Below are positions 46,394-55,129 of a DNA stretch of 64,000 nt, piece after piece. The stretch spans positions 1,131 to 65,130 of the forward strand of contig DAIQQK010000006.1 in NCBI GenBank assembly GCA_036786835.1. The letters are read 5' to 3'. The notes beneath the pieces were generated by a model that was not told where the DNA came from, did not search any database, and was given only the letters and a program-made list of their open reading frames with translations. Positions within the stretch are counted from its first letter, which is position 1; each line of letters starts with the position of its first letter. A program made the position numbers and the translations under genes. The stretch comes from Acidimicrobiales bacterium. Its GTDB lineage: Bacteria > Actinomycetota > Acidimicrobiia > Acidimicrobiales > UBA8190.

Positions 46394-47599
46394 ATGACAG
46401 ACAACGTTTGGATCCTCGGCGCGTCGATGACGCGCTTCGGCCGTTACCCCGAGCACGACACCATCGACTTGGCGAGCGAAGCCGCACTCGGCGCGCTCGA
46501 TGACGCCGGCGCGACGATGGCCGAGATGGGCGTGCTCGCCGTCGGGTGCCTGTCCGAGGCCAACGCGATGGTCGGGCAGCGACTCCAGAAGCAGATCGGC
46601 CAGACCGGTGTCGGCGTCTACAACGTCGCCAACGCGTGCGCGACCGGTGCCACGGCGGTGCGCACGGCTCTTTTGGCGATAAAGGCCGGAGAGGCCGACA
46701 TGGCTCTCGCCGTCGGGGTCGAGAAGATGGGGAAGATGGGCCTGCTCGGGCCGGCGGGGCGCGAGCGCAGCGGGCCGAACACCTTCGAGCCTTCGGGGCG
46801 CTACGGATCGGTGATGCCGGTCGAGGGAGTGCTCGGGACCCAATTGATGCCGGGAGTCTTTGCACAGGCAGGAATGGAGTACGCCTCGCGCCATCATGGT
46901 GTCGGCTTCGAGCAGTTCGCCAAGGTGGCGGAGAAGAACCACGCGCACTCGACGCTCAACCCACTCGCCCAGTACCGCAAGGCCTTCTCGCTGGACGAGG
47001 TGATGGCTGCAGAGATGATCGCCTACCCCAACACTCTTCTCATGTGCTGCCCCACCGGCGACGGAGCGGCCGCGATCGTGCTGTGCTCTGAGTCCAAGCT
47101 GAAGACGCTCGATGCTACACAGCGCAGGCGGGCGGTGAAGATCTCCGCCTCGGTGCTCACCTCAGATCCGTACGTCGAGTCCGACACGGCTCAACCGGAC
47201 GTGAACACGCTGACCAAGCTCGCTGCAGACAAGGCGTACGAGCAGTCGGGAGTGTCTCCGCGCGACCTCGACCTCGTCGAGCTGCACGACTGCTTCGCGA
47301 CGGCCGAGCTCGTCCACTACGAGAACCTCTCGCTGTGCGAACCCGGAGGCGCAGGCGACTTCATCGACCGGCGTGCCCCTTGGCGCGACGGCGAGATCCC
47401 TGTGAACGTCTCGGGCGGACTCATCTCCAAGGGCCACCCCATCGGCGCCACGGGTGCAGCCAACCTCTACGAGGTGACCACGCACTTGCGCGGCGAAGCG
47501 GGTGACCGGCAGATCGAGGGAGCGAAGGTCGGGCTCACCCACGTGATCGGGCTCGGCTCGGCGTGCGCGGTGCACGTTCTCGAGCGCGCTGCCTCCTGA
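46394..47599 (+). CDS. Thiolase-fold protein, SCP-x type
   Basis: WILGASMTRFGRY, NVANACATGATAV, GGLISKGHPIGATGA. Confidence 0.9.
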   Translation: MTDNVWILGASMTRFGRYPEHDTIDLASEAALGALDDAGATMAEMGVLAVGCLSEANAMVGQRLQKQIGQTGVGVYNVANACATGATAVRTALLAIKAGEADMALAVGVEKMGKMGLLGPAGRERSGPNTFEPSGRYGSVMPVEGVLGTQLMPGVFAQAGMEYASRHHGVGFEQFAKVAEKNHAHSTLNPLAQYRKAFSLDEVMAAEMIAYPNTLLMCCPTGDGAAAIVLCSESKLKTLDATQRRRAVKISASVLTSDPYVESDTAQPDVNTLTKLAADKAYEQSGVSPRDLDLVELHDCFATAELVHYENLSLCEPGGAGDFIDRRAPWRDGEIPVNVSGGLISKGHPIGATGAANLYEVTTHLRGEAGDRQIEGAKVGLTHVIGLGSACAVHVLERAAS

Positions 47600-47634
47600 T
47601 CGCGAGCTCATAGCCAAGACTCCCAGAGGCGCAG

Positions 47635-48555
47635 GTGCGACCAGCCGGAGGACCCGATCCCGAACCGGGTCTCTCGACATTCGAGGTACCCGTCGCCGGC
47701 GGAGACATGCACGTCGCGAAGTGGGGTACGGAGCACTGCTCCGTGCTCGGGATCCACGGGATCACCGCTTCGCCGGTCTCGCTCGCACCAGTGGCGCGGC
47801 TTCTCGGGCCCGAGATCTCGACGTGCGCCCCCGACCTGCGCGGGCGCGGCAGGTCGGCGCACCTCGGAGCCCCTTACGGGATGCGCGCCCACGCGGAAGA
47901 CTGCGCCGCGGTAATCCGCTCGTGTGCGAACGGTCCGGTCGTCGTGCTCGGAGTGTCGATGGGCGCGTACGTAGCGGTGGTGCTCGCGGCGTCACGTCCC
48001 GATCTCGTCGATCGTCTCGTGCTGGCAGACGGGGGACTCCCGATTCCCTTGCCCGCGGGACTGCCTGACGACCTCACTCCCGACCAGGTCACCGAGCTCG
48101 TACTCGGACCCGCGCTTGCGAGGTTGCAGATGGTGTTCGGCTCACTGGATGAGTACTTCGACTTCTGGAGGGCGCACCCTGCTTTCTCCGAAGACTGGAA
48201 CGAAGACGTCGAGGCATACCTCGAGTACGACCTCGAGCCGGTCGAAGGGGGGTTCCGGTCAAGGGTGAAGGAGGAGGCCGTGCGCGTCGACGCCACCGAG
48301 CAACTCGTCGATCCTGAGATCATCACCGACTCGGTCGAGCGCATCGAATGCCCCATCTCGCTTCTCAGGGCGCCTCGAAACCTCCTGAACCAGCCGACCC
48401 CCTTGATACCCGACGAGGTCGCGCGCGATTGGGAGCAGCGGCTTCCCAATTTGTCGTCGGAGCTGGTGGAGGACGTCAACCACTACTCGCTCGTCCTAGG
48501 AGACCGCGGAACCAGGACAGTCGCCGATCGCGTGAGGGTTGGGGGTCGTCGCTGA
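47635..48555 (+). CDS. Alpha/beta hydrolase
   Basis: VLGIHGITASP, nucleophile elbow GVSMGA. Confidence 0.8.
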   Translation: MRPAGGPDPEPGLSTFEVPVAGGDMHVAKWGTEHCSVLGIHGITASPVSLAPVARLLGPEISTCAPDLRGRGRSAHLGAPYGMRAHAEDCAAVIRSCANGPVVVLGVSMGAYVAVVLAASRPDLVDRLVLADGGLPIPLPAGLPDDLTPDQVTELVLGPALARLQMVFGSLDEYFDFWRAHPAFSEDWNEDVEAYLEYDLEPVEGGFRSRVKEEAVRVDATEQLVDPEIITDSVERIECPISLLRAPRNLLNQPTPLIPDEVARDWEQRLPNLSSELVEDVNHYSLVLGDRGTRTVADRVRVGGRR

Positions 48556-48564
48556 CCCCTCTCC

Positions 48565-50163
48565 TCAGTGGTCTGTTCCTCTCCCCGTTACGGTCTGGCG
48601 TGGCACTTCGTGATGCGGCTGAGGGTTGTTCGCGCGCTCCTCGCGGAGCCTGTTCTTCAGGATCTTCCCGTTCGGCTCTCGTGGCAGGACGTCCACGAAC
48701 TCGACCGTCCGCGGCAGCTTGAAGTTTGCAAGCCTCACCGCCACTCTCGAGACGAGCGCCTCGGCGTCGGGGAGGGTGCCGGGTCGGAGCTCCACCACCG
48801 CGTGGACACGCTGGCCCATGCGTTCGTCGGGCAACCCGATCACAGCTGCGTCGACCACCTCGTCGTCCTCTACGAGCGCAGCCTCCACCTCCGCGGGGTA
48901 GATGTTGACCCCGCCGCTGATTATGAGGTCGGTGCGCCGGTCGGCCAGGAACAGGTACCCGTCCTCGTCGAGGTAGCCGAGGTCCCCGACGGTGAACAGT
49001 CCGCCGCTCCAGGCCTTCTGCGTCTTCTCCGGCGCGTTGTGGTATTCGAAGCGGTGTCTGCCCGCGGGGGTTACGTAGACCTCTCCGATCTCGCCGGGCT
49101 CGAGCTCCTCGCCGTCGGTGCCCCTGATATGGACAGACAAACCTGGGAACGGACGTCCCACGCTTCCCGGCTTGTCGAGCCACTCCTCCGGGGAGATCAC
49201 CGTCGCAATGCCTTCGCTCGAGCCGTAGTACTCCCACACGGTTCCCGGGGGGAACACCTCGAGGATCCGCCGCTTCACATCGACCGGACAAGGAGCCGCC
49301 GCGTGGAGGATCCTGCGCACGCTCGAGAGGTCGAAGCTCTTCCAATCCGCCTCGAGGACCCTGATGAAGTTGGCCGGGACCATCTGAGAGGTGGTCACGC
49401 GCTCGGTCTCCATCAGGAGCAGGGCATCGTTTGCATCCCAGCGCGGCATGACGACGATCGTCCCGCCCTCGGTCAAGCTCATGAGCGAGTACGCGCTTGG
49501 GGCCGTGTGGTACATCGGTCCGCACATGAGATGCACGTCCGACGGGAGGAAGCCCCAGAACGTCGCGAACGGATTTGGTGGTGCCTGCTTGGCTGGGAGA
49601 GGTGGCGGCCGCACGATCCCTTTCGGGCGACCCGTCGTCCCGGAGGTGTACTGCATCGTGGTGACCGGTGTGGCGATCCAGTCGTCGGTGGGGGGCTCGT
49701 CGGTTCCTCCTGCTTCGATCACCTCCGAGACATCCAGGGCTCGCACCCCTGCGCCCGCGGCGGAGTCGAGTGCGACGGGAGACCCGTCGTGTACGAGGGT
49801 CACCGAGCCCGAGTCGCGCAGCATGTAGACCGCTTCGGGAGCAGTGAGACGCGTGGACACGGGCACGACCAGCGCGCCCAGACGAGCCACGCCATGCCAC
49901 GCGCCGAAACCCTCGGTGGAGTTGTGCATCATGATCGCCACGCGGTCCCCGGGCGCATGGACGCTCGGTGCGATCGCGTGGGCGAAGGAGTTCGCCATGC
50001 GGTCCAGCTCCGCGAAGGTCGTGCGCCTTTCGCCGCAGACGATCGCCACGCGGTTCGGGTCGGCGCTCGCGACCGCGGCTAGGCCCCTTGGCGCCGCCGG
50101 CTCGCTCGGCTTCCTCGGCTCGCCGGTAGCCTCAGCGCCCGCAGTGCCCTCAATGCCCACCAT
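48565..50163 (-). CDS. Acyl-CoA synthetase (AMP-forming)
   Basis: QYTSGTTGRPKG, EYYGSSEG, VGDLGYLDEDGYLFLADRRTDLIISGG, PNGKILK. Confidence 0.9.
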   Translation of the reverse strand: MVGIEGTAGAEATGEPRKPSEPAAPRGLAAVASADPNRVAIVCGERRTTFAELDRMANSFAHAIAPSVHAPGDRVAIMMHNSTEGFGAWHGVARLGALVVPVSTRLTAPEAVYMLRDSGSVTLVHDGSPVALDSAAGAGVRALDVSEVIEAGGTDEPPTDDWIATPVTTMQYTSGTTGRPKGIVRPPPLPAKQAPPNPFATFWGFLPSDVHLMCGPMYHTAPSAYSLMSLTEGGTIVVMPRWDANDALLLMETERVTTSQMVPANFIRVLEADWKSFDLSSVRRILHAAAPCPVDVKRRILEVFPPGTVWEYYGSSEGIATVISPEEWLDKPGSVGRPFPGLSVHIRGTDGEELEPGEIGEVYVTPAGRHRFEYHNAPEKTQKAWSGGLFTVGDLGYLDEDGYLFLADRRTDLIISGGVNIYPAEVEAALVEDDEVVDAAVIGLPDERMGQRVHAVVELRPGTLPDAEALVSRVAVRLANFKLPRTVEFVDVLPREPNGKILKNRLREERANNPQPHHEVPRQTVTGRGTDH

Positions 50164-50199
50164 TCGGGCGGCATCCTAGGCCCGACCGACCGAAGGTGC

Positions 50200-50215
50200 C
50201 TGACACGGGCGTCAG
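50200..50215. promoter_or_regulatory. Candidate operator CTGACACGGGCGTCAG
   Basis: Centre of the divergent region between acyl-CoA synthetase (50163, minus) and amidohydrolase (50345, plus). Confidence 0.5.
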
Positions 50216-50344
50216 GTATAGGATCGGCCGGCGGCCCAAGCGTTTCAGGATCGTTTTCCGGCTTTGGCTATTCGGCTTCGGCCGCTTCGAGCGGGTCGGG
50301 CCGCCGGGAGCGGAAGGACCAGCGGCAACCAGGGAGGACGCGCC

Positions 50345-51625
50345 TTGCAAACAGAGGACCTCATCCTCGTGAGCGTCGACGACCACGTCGTCGAGCCACC
50401 CGACATGTTCGACGGGCGGGTGGCGTCGAAGTGGGTGGACCGAGCTCCTCGCGTGGTGCACAAGGACGACGGCACGGACGTGTGGTCCTACGAGGGCAAC
50501 GAGATCCCAAATGTCGGCCTGAACGCGGTCGTCGGCACCCCTCCCGAGGAGTACGGGATAGAGCCCACCTCTTTCGCGGAAATGCGCCCGGGCTGTTACG
50601 ACATCCGCGAGAGGGTGCGCGACATGAACGTGAACGGCGTGCTGGGCTCGATGTGCTTTCCCTCGTTCGTGCAGTTCTGCGGTCAACTTTTCGCGCGAAC
50701 CGAGGACAAGGAGCTCGCGCTCGCCATGGTCCACGCGTACAACGACTGGCACGTCGAGTCGTGGTGCGGCGCCGCTCCGGGGCGCTTCATCCCACTCTCG
50801 ATCCCTCCGATCTGGGACCCGGAGCTCATGGCCGACGAAGTGCGGCGGCTCGCAGCCAAGGGCTGTCACGCCGTCACCTTCTCCGAGAACCCCTCGAAGC
50901 TCGGGTGGCCGAGCTTCCACGACTCGCACTGGGATCCTTTCTTCTCGGCCTGCGCCGACGAAGGCACGGTCATCTGCCTGCACATCGGCTCGTCCTCGAC
51001 TCTCGCGATCACCGCCCCGGACGCGCCTTTCGACGTGCTGATCGCATTGCAGCCGGTGAACATCATCCAGTGCGCCGCGGACCTTCTCTTCTCACCCGTT
51101 CTGCGCAAGTACCCCGACCTGCGCATAGCTCTCAGTGAAGGTGGGATCGGCTGGATCCCGTACTTCTTGGAGCGGGTCGACTACGTCTACCAGCACCATC
51201 ACTTGTGGACCGGGCAGGACTTCGGGGACAGGCTTCCGAGCCAGGTCTTCAAAGAGCGGATCATCACCTGCTTCATCGACGACGCCTTCGGCGTTGAGAA
51301 CCGCAGGCACCTCGAGCTCGACAACGTGTGCTGGGAGTGCGACTACCCCCATTCGGATTCGACCTGGCCGAACGCCCCCGAGATCGCGATGAAGTACCTC
51401 AGCGACGTGCCGGACGACGAGGTGAACAAGATCACTCACGCCAACGCCATGCGCCTCTTCCACTACGACCCCTTCTCGGTACGACCGAGAGAGAAATGCA
51501 CGGTCGGAGCACTTCGGGCAGAGGCGACCGATGTCGACGTGTCCCTGCGGCCCAGGCGGGCTTCGGGACAGAAGCACAAGACCCTGGCCGCCGACCTGGG
51601 TGCGATCGCCGAGCGCCGGTCGTGA
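50345..51625 (+). CDS. Amidohydrolase-2 family protein
   Basis: TTG 50345 lies 6 nt after GGGAGGA (longest ORF from 50264). LVSVDDHVVEPPDMF ... ECDYPHSDSTWPN. Confidence 0.85.
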   Translation: MQTEDLILVSVDDHVVEPPDMFDGRVASKWVDRAPRVVHKDDGTDVWSYEGNEIPNVGLNAVVGTPPEEYGIEPTSFAEMRPGCYDIRERVRDMNVNGVLGSMCFPSFVQFCGQLFARTEDKELALAMVHAYNDWHVESWCGAAPGRFIPLSIPPIWDPELMADEVRRLAAKGCHAVTFSENPSKLGWPSFHDSHWDPFFSACADEGTVICLHIGSSSTLAITAPDAPFDVLIALQPVNIIQCAADLLFSPVLRKYPDLRIALSEGGIGWIPYFLERVDYVYQHHHLWTGQDFGDRLPSQVFKERIITCFIDDAFGVENRRHLELDNVCWECDYPHSDSTWPNAPEIAMKYLSDVPDDEVNKITHANAMRLFHYDPFSVRPREKCTVGALRAEATDVDVSLRPRRASGQKHKTLAADLGAIAERRS

Positions 51626-51729
51626 CCCGGCTCGGTTAGCCGGCACGTACGGATTACCAGCGACCGACCTGTGCTCCTCGACGAGAAGCGTTGTGAGCTG
51701 CCCGGCGCGTCCAGGCTCCGGGGTACCAG

Positions 51730-53334
51730 ATGACTGACTGGGCGCGGGTCCCGGTAGTCGTCGGCGCGGGGCAGCTGACCAATCGCGAAGAGGACCCGCT
51801 CTCGGCTCCTGATCCGTTCGACTTGATGCACGAAGCTGCGGGCCTCGCGGCGACCTCGGCAGGACAGGCCGGGATACCGAACACTCTGACGCACCTTTGG
51901 ATGGTGCACTCTCTCTCGCTGCGACACGGTGACCCGGCCCGAGCGCTGGCAGATCGAATCGGGGCGGCCGGTGCGCAGGCGCGCTGCTCGGGCATGGGCG
52001 GCTCCGTCCCGCAGTGGCTCGTCGACCGCGCCGCGGAGCTGGTCTGCGAAGGCGGCCGGCCGCAATTGTTGATCGTGGGCGCCGAGGCCCTGGCGACCCG
52101 CAGACGCGCCAAGCGGGCGGGTCTGCGCCTGGACTGGCCGGCCACGCCCGGCTTCCCCGACACGTGGCCTCCCATCGAGCCTGACCTGGGGGTCCACGAG
52201 GTCGAACGCTCCCACGGCCTCGAGCAGGCGACGGCCATGTACGCGCTCGTGGAGAGCGCCTTGTCCAATGCGGGAGGTGAGGGCAGAGCCGCGCACACAC
52301 GTGCGATGGGTGAGCTCATGGCGAGCTTCAACGAGGTCGCAGCCCGCAACCCCTTCTCGTGGTTCGCAACGGCCCGTGGTGCCGACGAGCTGACGACGGT
52401 GACACCCGAGAACCGGATGATCTATTACCCGTATCCGAAATACTTGAACGCCGTCATGGACGTGGACATGTCTGCGGCGGTGATCGTCACCGACGCAGCC
52501 ACGGCGCGCGACTGGGGGCTCGCCCCTGACGAGGTCGCCTACGTGGCGGGGTGGGCCGACGCCCACGACATCTGGTACCTGTCGGAGCGGCCGCGGGTGG
52601 AGCGCTCGGAGGCGCTGGCGGTCTGCGCACGAGCGGCGATCGGGGCAGCCGCGATCGACGTCGGGGACGTCTCGGCGTTCGACCTGTACTCGTGCTTCCC
52701 GAGCTCCATAGAGGTCGCGCGCGACTGCATCGGTATCGCGCCTCAGGATCATCGTCCTCTCACGCTGACTGGTGGCCTGCCGTACCACGGCGGTCCCGGG
52801 AGCAATTACGTCACCCACGCGATCGCCAACACGCTCGAGTGGCTCAGGTCCGGGTCCGGAGACTCGGTGCTCGTGCACGGGAACGGCTACTACCTGACCA
52901 AGCACTCGGTCGGCGTCTATACGAGAAGGCCTCCGCTGGACCAGCCTCAACCGGTCGACGGGATCCAAGAGCTTGCCGACGAGCAGGGCCAGGCCGTTCG
53001 CGTCGACGCGTCGGCACAAGGACCGGGGACAGTCGTCGCGTACACGGCGCCGTTCACACGAGAAGGTGCTCCCGAACCCGCCGTAGTGCTCGTCGACGTC
53101 GACGGAAGACGCACCGTGGCCCGCGCAGACGAGCCTCTCACCGCACTCCTCGTCGGAGGCGTCGGCGACGTCGGAGGCGTCGGCGACGTCGGAGGCGTCG
53201 GCGACGTCGGAGGCGTCGGCGACGTCGGAGACGTCGGCGGCGCCCAAAGCGATGAAAGCAATGGCAATGGGGTGGGCTCGAAGGTCGTCGTGTACGCCGG
53301 CGCGGAGGGAAACATCGTCAGCGGAGGTGCATAG
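51730..53334 (+). CDS. Thiolase-like protein fused to a C-terminal OB-fold (DUF35-like) segment
   Basis: VPVVVGAGQLTNRE, thiolase-like core (LTGGLPYHGGPGSNY), C-terminal GTVVAYTAPF...AVVLVDVDGRRTVARA OB-like segment interrupted by a (GVGDVG)n repeat. Confidence 0.75.
   Translation: MTDWARVPVVVGAGQLTNREEDPLSAPDPFDLMHEAAGLAATSAGQAGIPNTLTHLWMVHSLSLRHGDPARALADRIGAAGAQARCSGMGGSVPQWLVDRAAELVCEGGRPQLLIVGAEALATRRRAKRAGLRLDWPATPGFPDTWPPIEPDLGVHEVERSHGLEQATAMYALVESALSNAGGEGRAAHTRAMGELMASFNEVAARNPFSWFATARGADELTTVTPENRMIYYPYPKYLNAVMDVDMSAAVIVTDAATARDWGLAPDEVAYVAGWADAHDIWYLSERPRVERSEALAVCARAAIGAAAIDVGDVSAFDLYSCFPSSIEVARDCIGIAPQDHRPLTLTGGLPYHGGPGSNYVTHAIANTLEWLRSGSGDSVLVHGNGYYLTKHSVGVYTRRPPLDQPQPVDGIQELADEQGQAVRVDASAQGPGTVVAYTAPFTREGAPEPAVVLVDVDGRRTVARADEPLTALLVGGVGDVGGVGDVGGVGDVGGVGDVGDVGGAQSDESNGNGVGSKVVVYAGAEGNIVSGGA
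53152..53241 (+). repeat. 18-bp x5 in-frame tandem repeat GTCGGAGGCGTCGGCGAC encoding (VGGVGD)n
   Basis: Four perfect units plus one variant unit inside the thiolase-like CDS. Confidence 0.9.
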
Positions 53335-53403
53335 CGAGGTCCCTGGTTCGACGGTAGGCGGAGCCGTCGCGCTTACTGGGGCCCTGGCATGTGCAGCGTC
53401 GAA

Positions 53404-53421
53404 CTCCCGTCTTTTCGGGAG
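53404..53421 (+). terminator. Hairpin CTCCCG-TCTTTT-CGGGAG downstream of the thiolase-like gene
   Basis: Perfect 6-bp stem with a 6-nt loop, 70 nt after stop 53334. No trailing T-tract, so only a weak terminator candidate. Confidence 0.3.
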
Positions 53422-53529
53422 ACGTGTGCGCGGCTGGCTGGGCTCGGGTGCGAGATGCCGGGGCTGAACGATCTCGGCTCCCAGGTCTGACACGGGCGGG
53501 CCTAGGTCAGTCCGTCGTCGGGGTGAGCC

Positions 53530-53721
53530 TCAGCCGTCGATGACCAGAGCTTGCTCGGGACAATTCTCGACGGCGTCTCTCGCCATGCTCTCGCTTCCGC
53601 CGGGCACATCCTCTGCCAGAAGGACGCAATGCCCGTAGTCGTCGGAATCGAATATCGCGGGCGCGAGTGCGTAACAGCGACCGTGACCCTGGCAGAGCTC
53701 GGGATCGAGCCTGATCCGCAT
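53530..53721 (-). CDS. Small single-cluster ferredoxin (P450 partner type)
   Basis: 63 aa MRIRLDPELCQGHGRCYALAP...CP. 7-nt gap after the P450 stop. Only the last 63 codons of listed ORF 53530..54060. Confidence 0.8.
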   Translation of the reverse strand: MRIRLDPELCQGHGRCYALAPAIFDSDDYGHCVLLAEDVPGGSESMARDAVENCPEQALVIDG

Positions 53722-53728
53722 CGAGCGA

Positions 53729-54916
53729 TCAGCTGGTGGGAGTGAACTCGAGAGGGAGGGTGTGCAGGGAGCGCAACCCGGGCGTGTACTCGAGAACAGT
53801 TCCCGGTGCCAGCCAGTAGTCGGGGATGCGTTTGTGGAATTCGCGAAGCGCCACGCGCAGCTCCAAGCGGGCGAGGTGCGAACCGAGGCAACGGTGAACT
53901 CCGCCGCCGAACGCCAGATGGGGGTTCGGGTTTCGCCGCAGGTCGACGGTGTCGAGGCCAGGGTGGGCGGAGTCGTCGGTGTTGGCCGACCCGAGCAGCA
54001 GCATGACCTGCTCACCCTTCTTGACGGGGCAACCTCCGAAGTCCACATCCTCGGTCGCAACCCGCGGGACCGCGGGCACGGGGCTCTCCCAGCGAAGCAG
54101 CTCCTCCACCGCAGAGGGGATCGCCGACGGGTCGTCGACCAGAAGCTTGCGCTGGTCGGGCTCCTGGGCCAGATAGGCGAAGAAGCAGTCGAGCGAGTCG
54201 GTGACGGTGTCGAGACCGGCGATGATGAAGAGGAAGCAGATGTCCATGACCTCTTCGTCCGTCAGCCGCTCGGAGTCCACCTCGCTGGAGATGATCTGCC
54301 CCAGCAGGTCGTCGGTCGGATTGTGGCGGCGTTTCTCGAGGATCTCTTGGAAGTAGATGTACACGGCGTCGCCGGCTTTCTTCCTGTGCGGCGCCTGCTC
54401 GTCGAGGGTGATCCCGGGCGGGCGGATTATCGCGTCCTTGAACTCGAGGAACATGTCGAGGTCCTCGTAGGGCAGACCCATGAGCCGCAAGAACACGGTG
54501 CAGGGCAGAGGCACCGCGAACTCCTCGTGGAGGTCGCAAGAGCCACGTGATGCAAACCCCCCCATGAGCTTGGTCACGAGCGAGACGACCTCGTCCTCCA
54601 AGAGCGCCATCTTCTTCGGAGCGAACAGCGGGTCGAGGATCCGGCGGTACTTGACGTGCTGGGGTGGGTCGATCTGAAGCGGTATCAGCGGCCGCACGTT
54701 GCCGAGATCCATCGGCACTTCGCTCCAGCAGAAATTCGCCGTGCGACGCAGCGCTTCCTCCACGTGCTCACGGCGCGTCACGAGCGTGAACATGTCACCG
54801 ATCCGGTGAACAGGCTCCTCGCGTAACTGGCGCGCGATCGCGCGCGGGTCGTCGGACGAGGCGAGGTCGGCAACTGTCGCAGCCGACGGCCCTTTCGAGT
54901 CGTCACTGGGGTTCAT
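53729..54916 (-). CDS. Cytochrome P450
   Basis: Heme-thiolate signature FGGGVHRCLGSHLA, EELLRW (ExxR), I-helix AGLDTV. Confidence 0.95.
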   Translation of the reverse strand: MNPSDDSKGPSAATVADLASSDDPRAIARQLREEPVHRIGDMFTLVTRREHVEEALRRTANFCWSEVPMDLGNVRPLIPLQIDPPQHVKYRRILDPLFAPKKMALLEDEVVSLVTKLMGGFASRGSCDLHEEFAVPLPCTVFLRLMGLPYEDLDMFLEFKDAIIRPPGITLDEQAPHRKKAGDAVYIYFQEILEKRRHNPTDDLLGQIISSEVDSERLTDEEVMDICFLFIIAGLDTVTDSLDCFFAYLAQEPDQRKLLVDDPSAIPSAVEELLRWESPVPAVPRVATEDVDFGGCPVKKGEQVMLLLGSANTDDSAHPGLDTVDLRRNPNPHLAFGGGVHRCLGSHLARLELRVALREFHKRIPDYWLAPGTVLEYTPGLRSLHTLPLEFTPTS

Positions 54917-55044
54917 CGATCGGCCTTACCTTTCGCTCTCGGGCTCTGCGGTTCGCTTCCCCGGCGCCGCAAGTCCGTTGCCGGATCGCACTCCACGAGA
55001 GGTCGCCCGAAATCCGCCCCCGAGGAGAAAAAGGCTAGCGTTTT

Positions 55045-55078
55045 CTGACGCCGATGTCAGGTCTGACACGGGCGTCAC
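55045..55078. promoter_or_regulatory. Two adjacent candidate operators CTGACGCCGATGTCAG and CTGACACGGGCGTCAC
   Basis: Upstream of P450 (start 54916, minus). A third, degenerate copy and a 15-nt palindrome follow at 55079..55104. Confidence 0.5.
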
Positions 55079-55129
55079 CTGACACGAGACGCCGTCGGCG
55101 TCAGGTGCCTACCAGGAGTCAGCTGCGGG

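Noticed and set aside
9715-53241. Tandem repeats considered as possible CRISPR arrays.
   Set aside because: The units are 9-18 bp and directly abutting with no spacers. No cas genes are present.
52551-53255. ORF ending in a long poly-arginine run.
   Set aside because: It is an alternative-frame reading of the 18-bp repeat inside the thiolase-like CDS and has no independent support.
53487-53510. CTGACACGGGCGGGCCTAGGTCAG as a bona fide operator copy.
   Set aside because: The half-sites are 14 nt apart instead of 6, and the site lies between convergent gene ends rather than at a promoter.
53482-55074. Calling the P450-ferredoxin cassette a mobile element or MITE because of the flanking 17-mers.
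   Set aside because: There is no transposase or integrase, no target-site duplication logic, and the repeat coincides with the operator-like motif. It is reported only as an observation.
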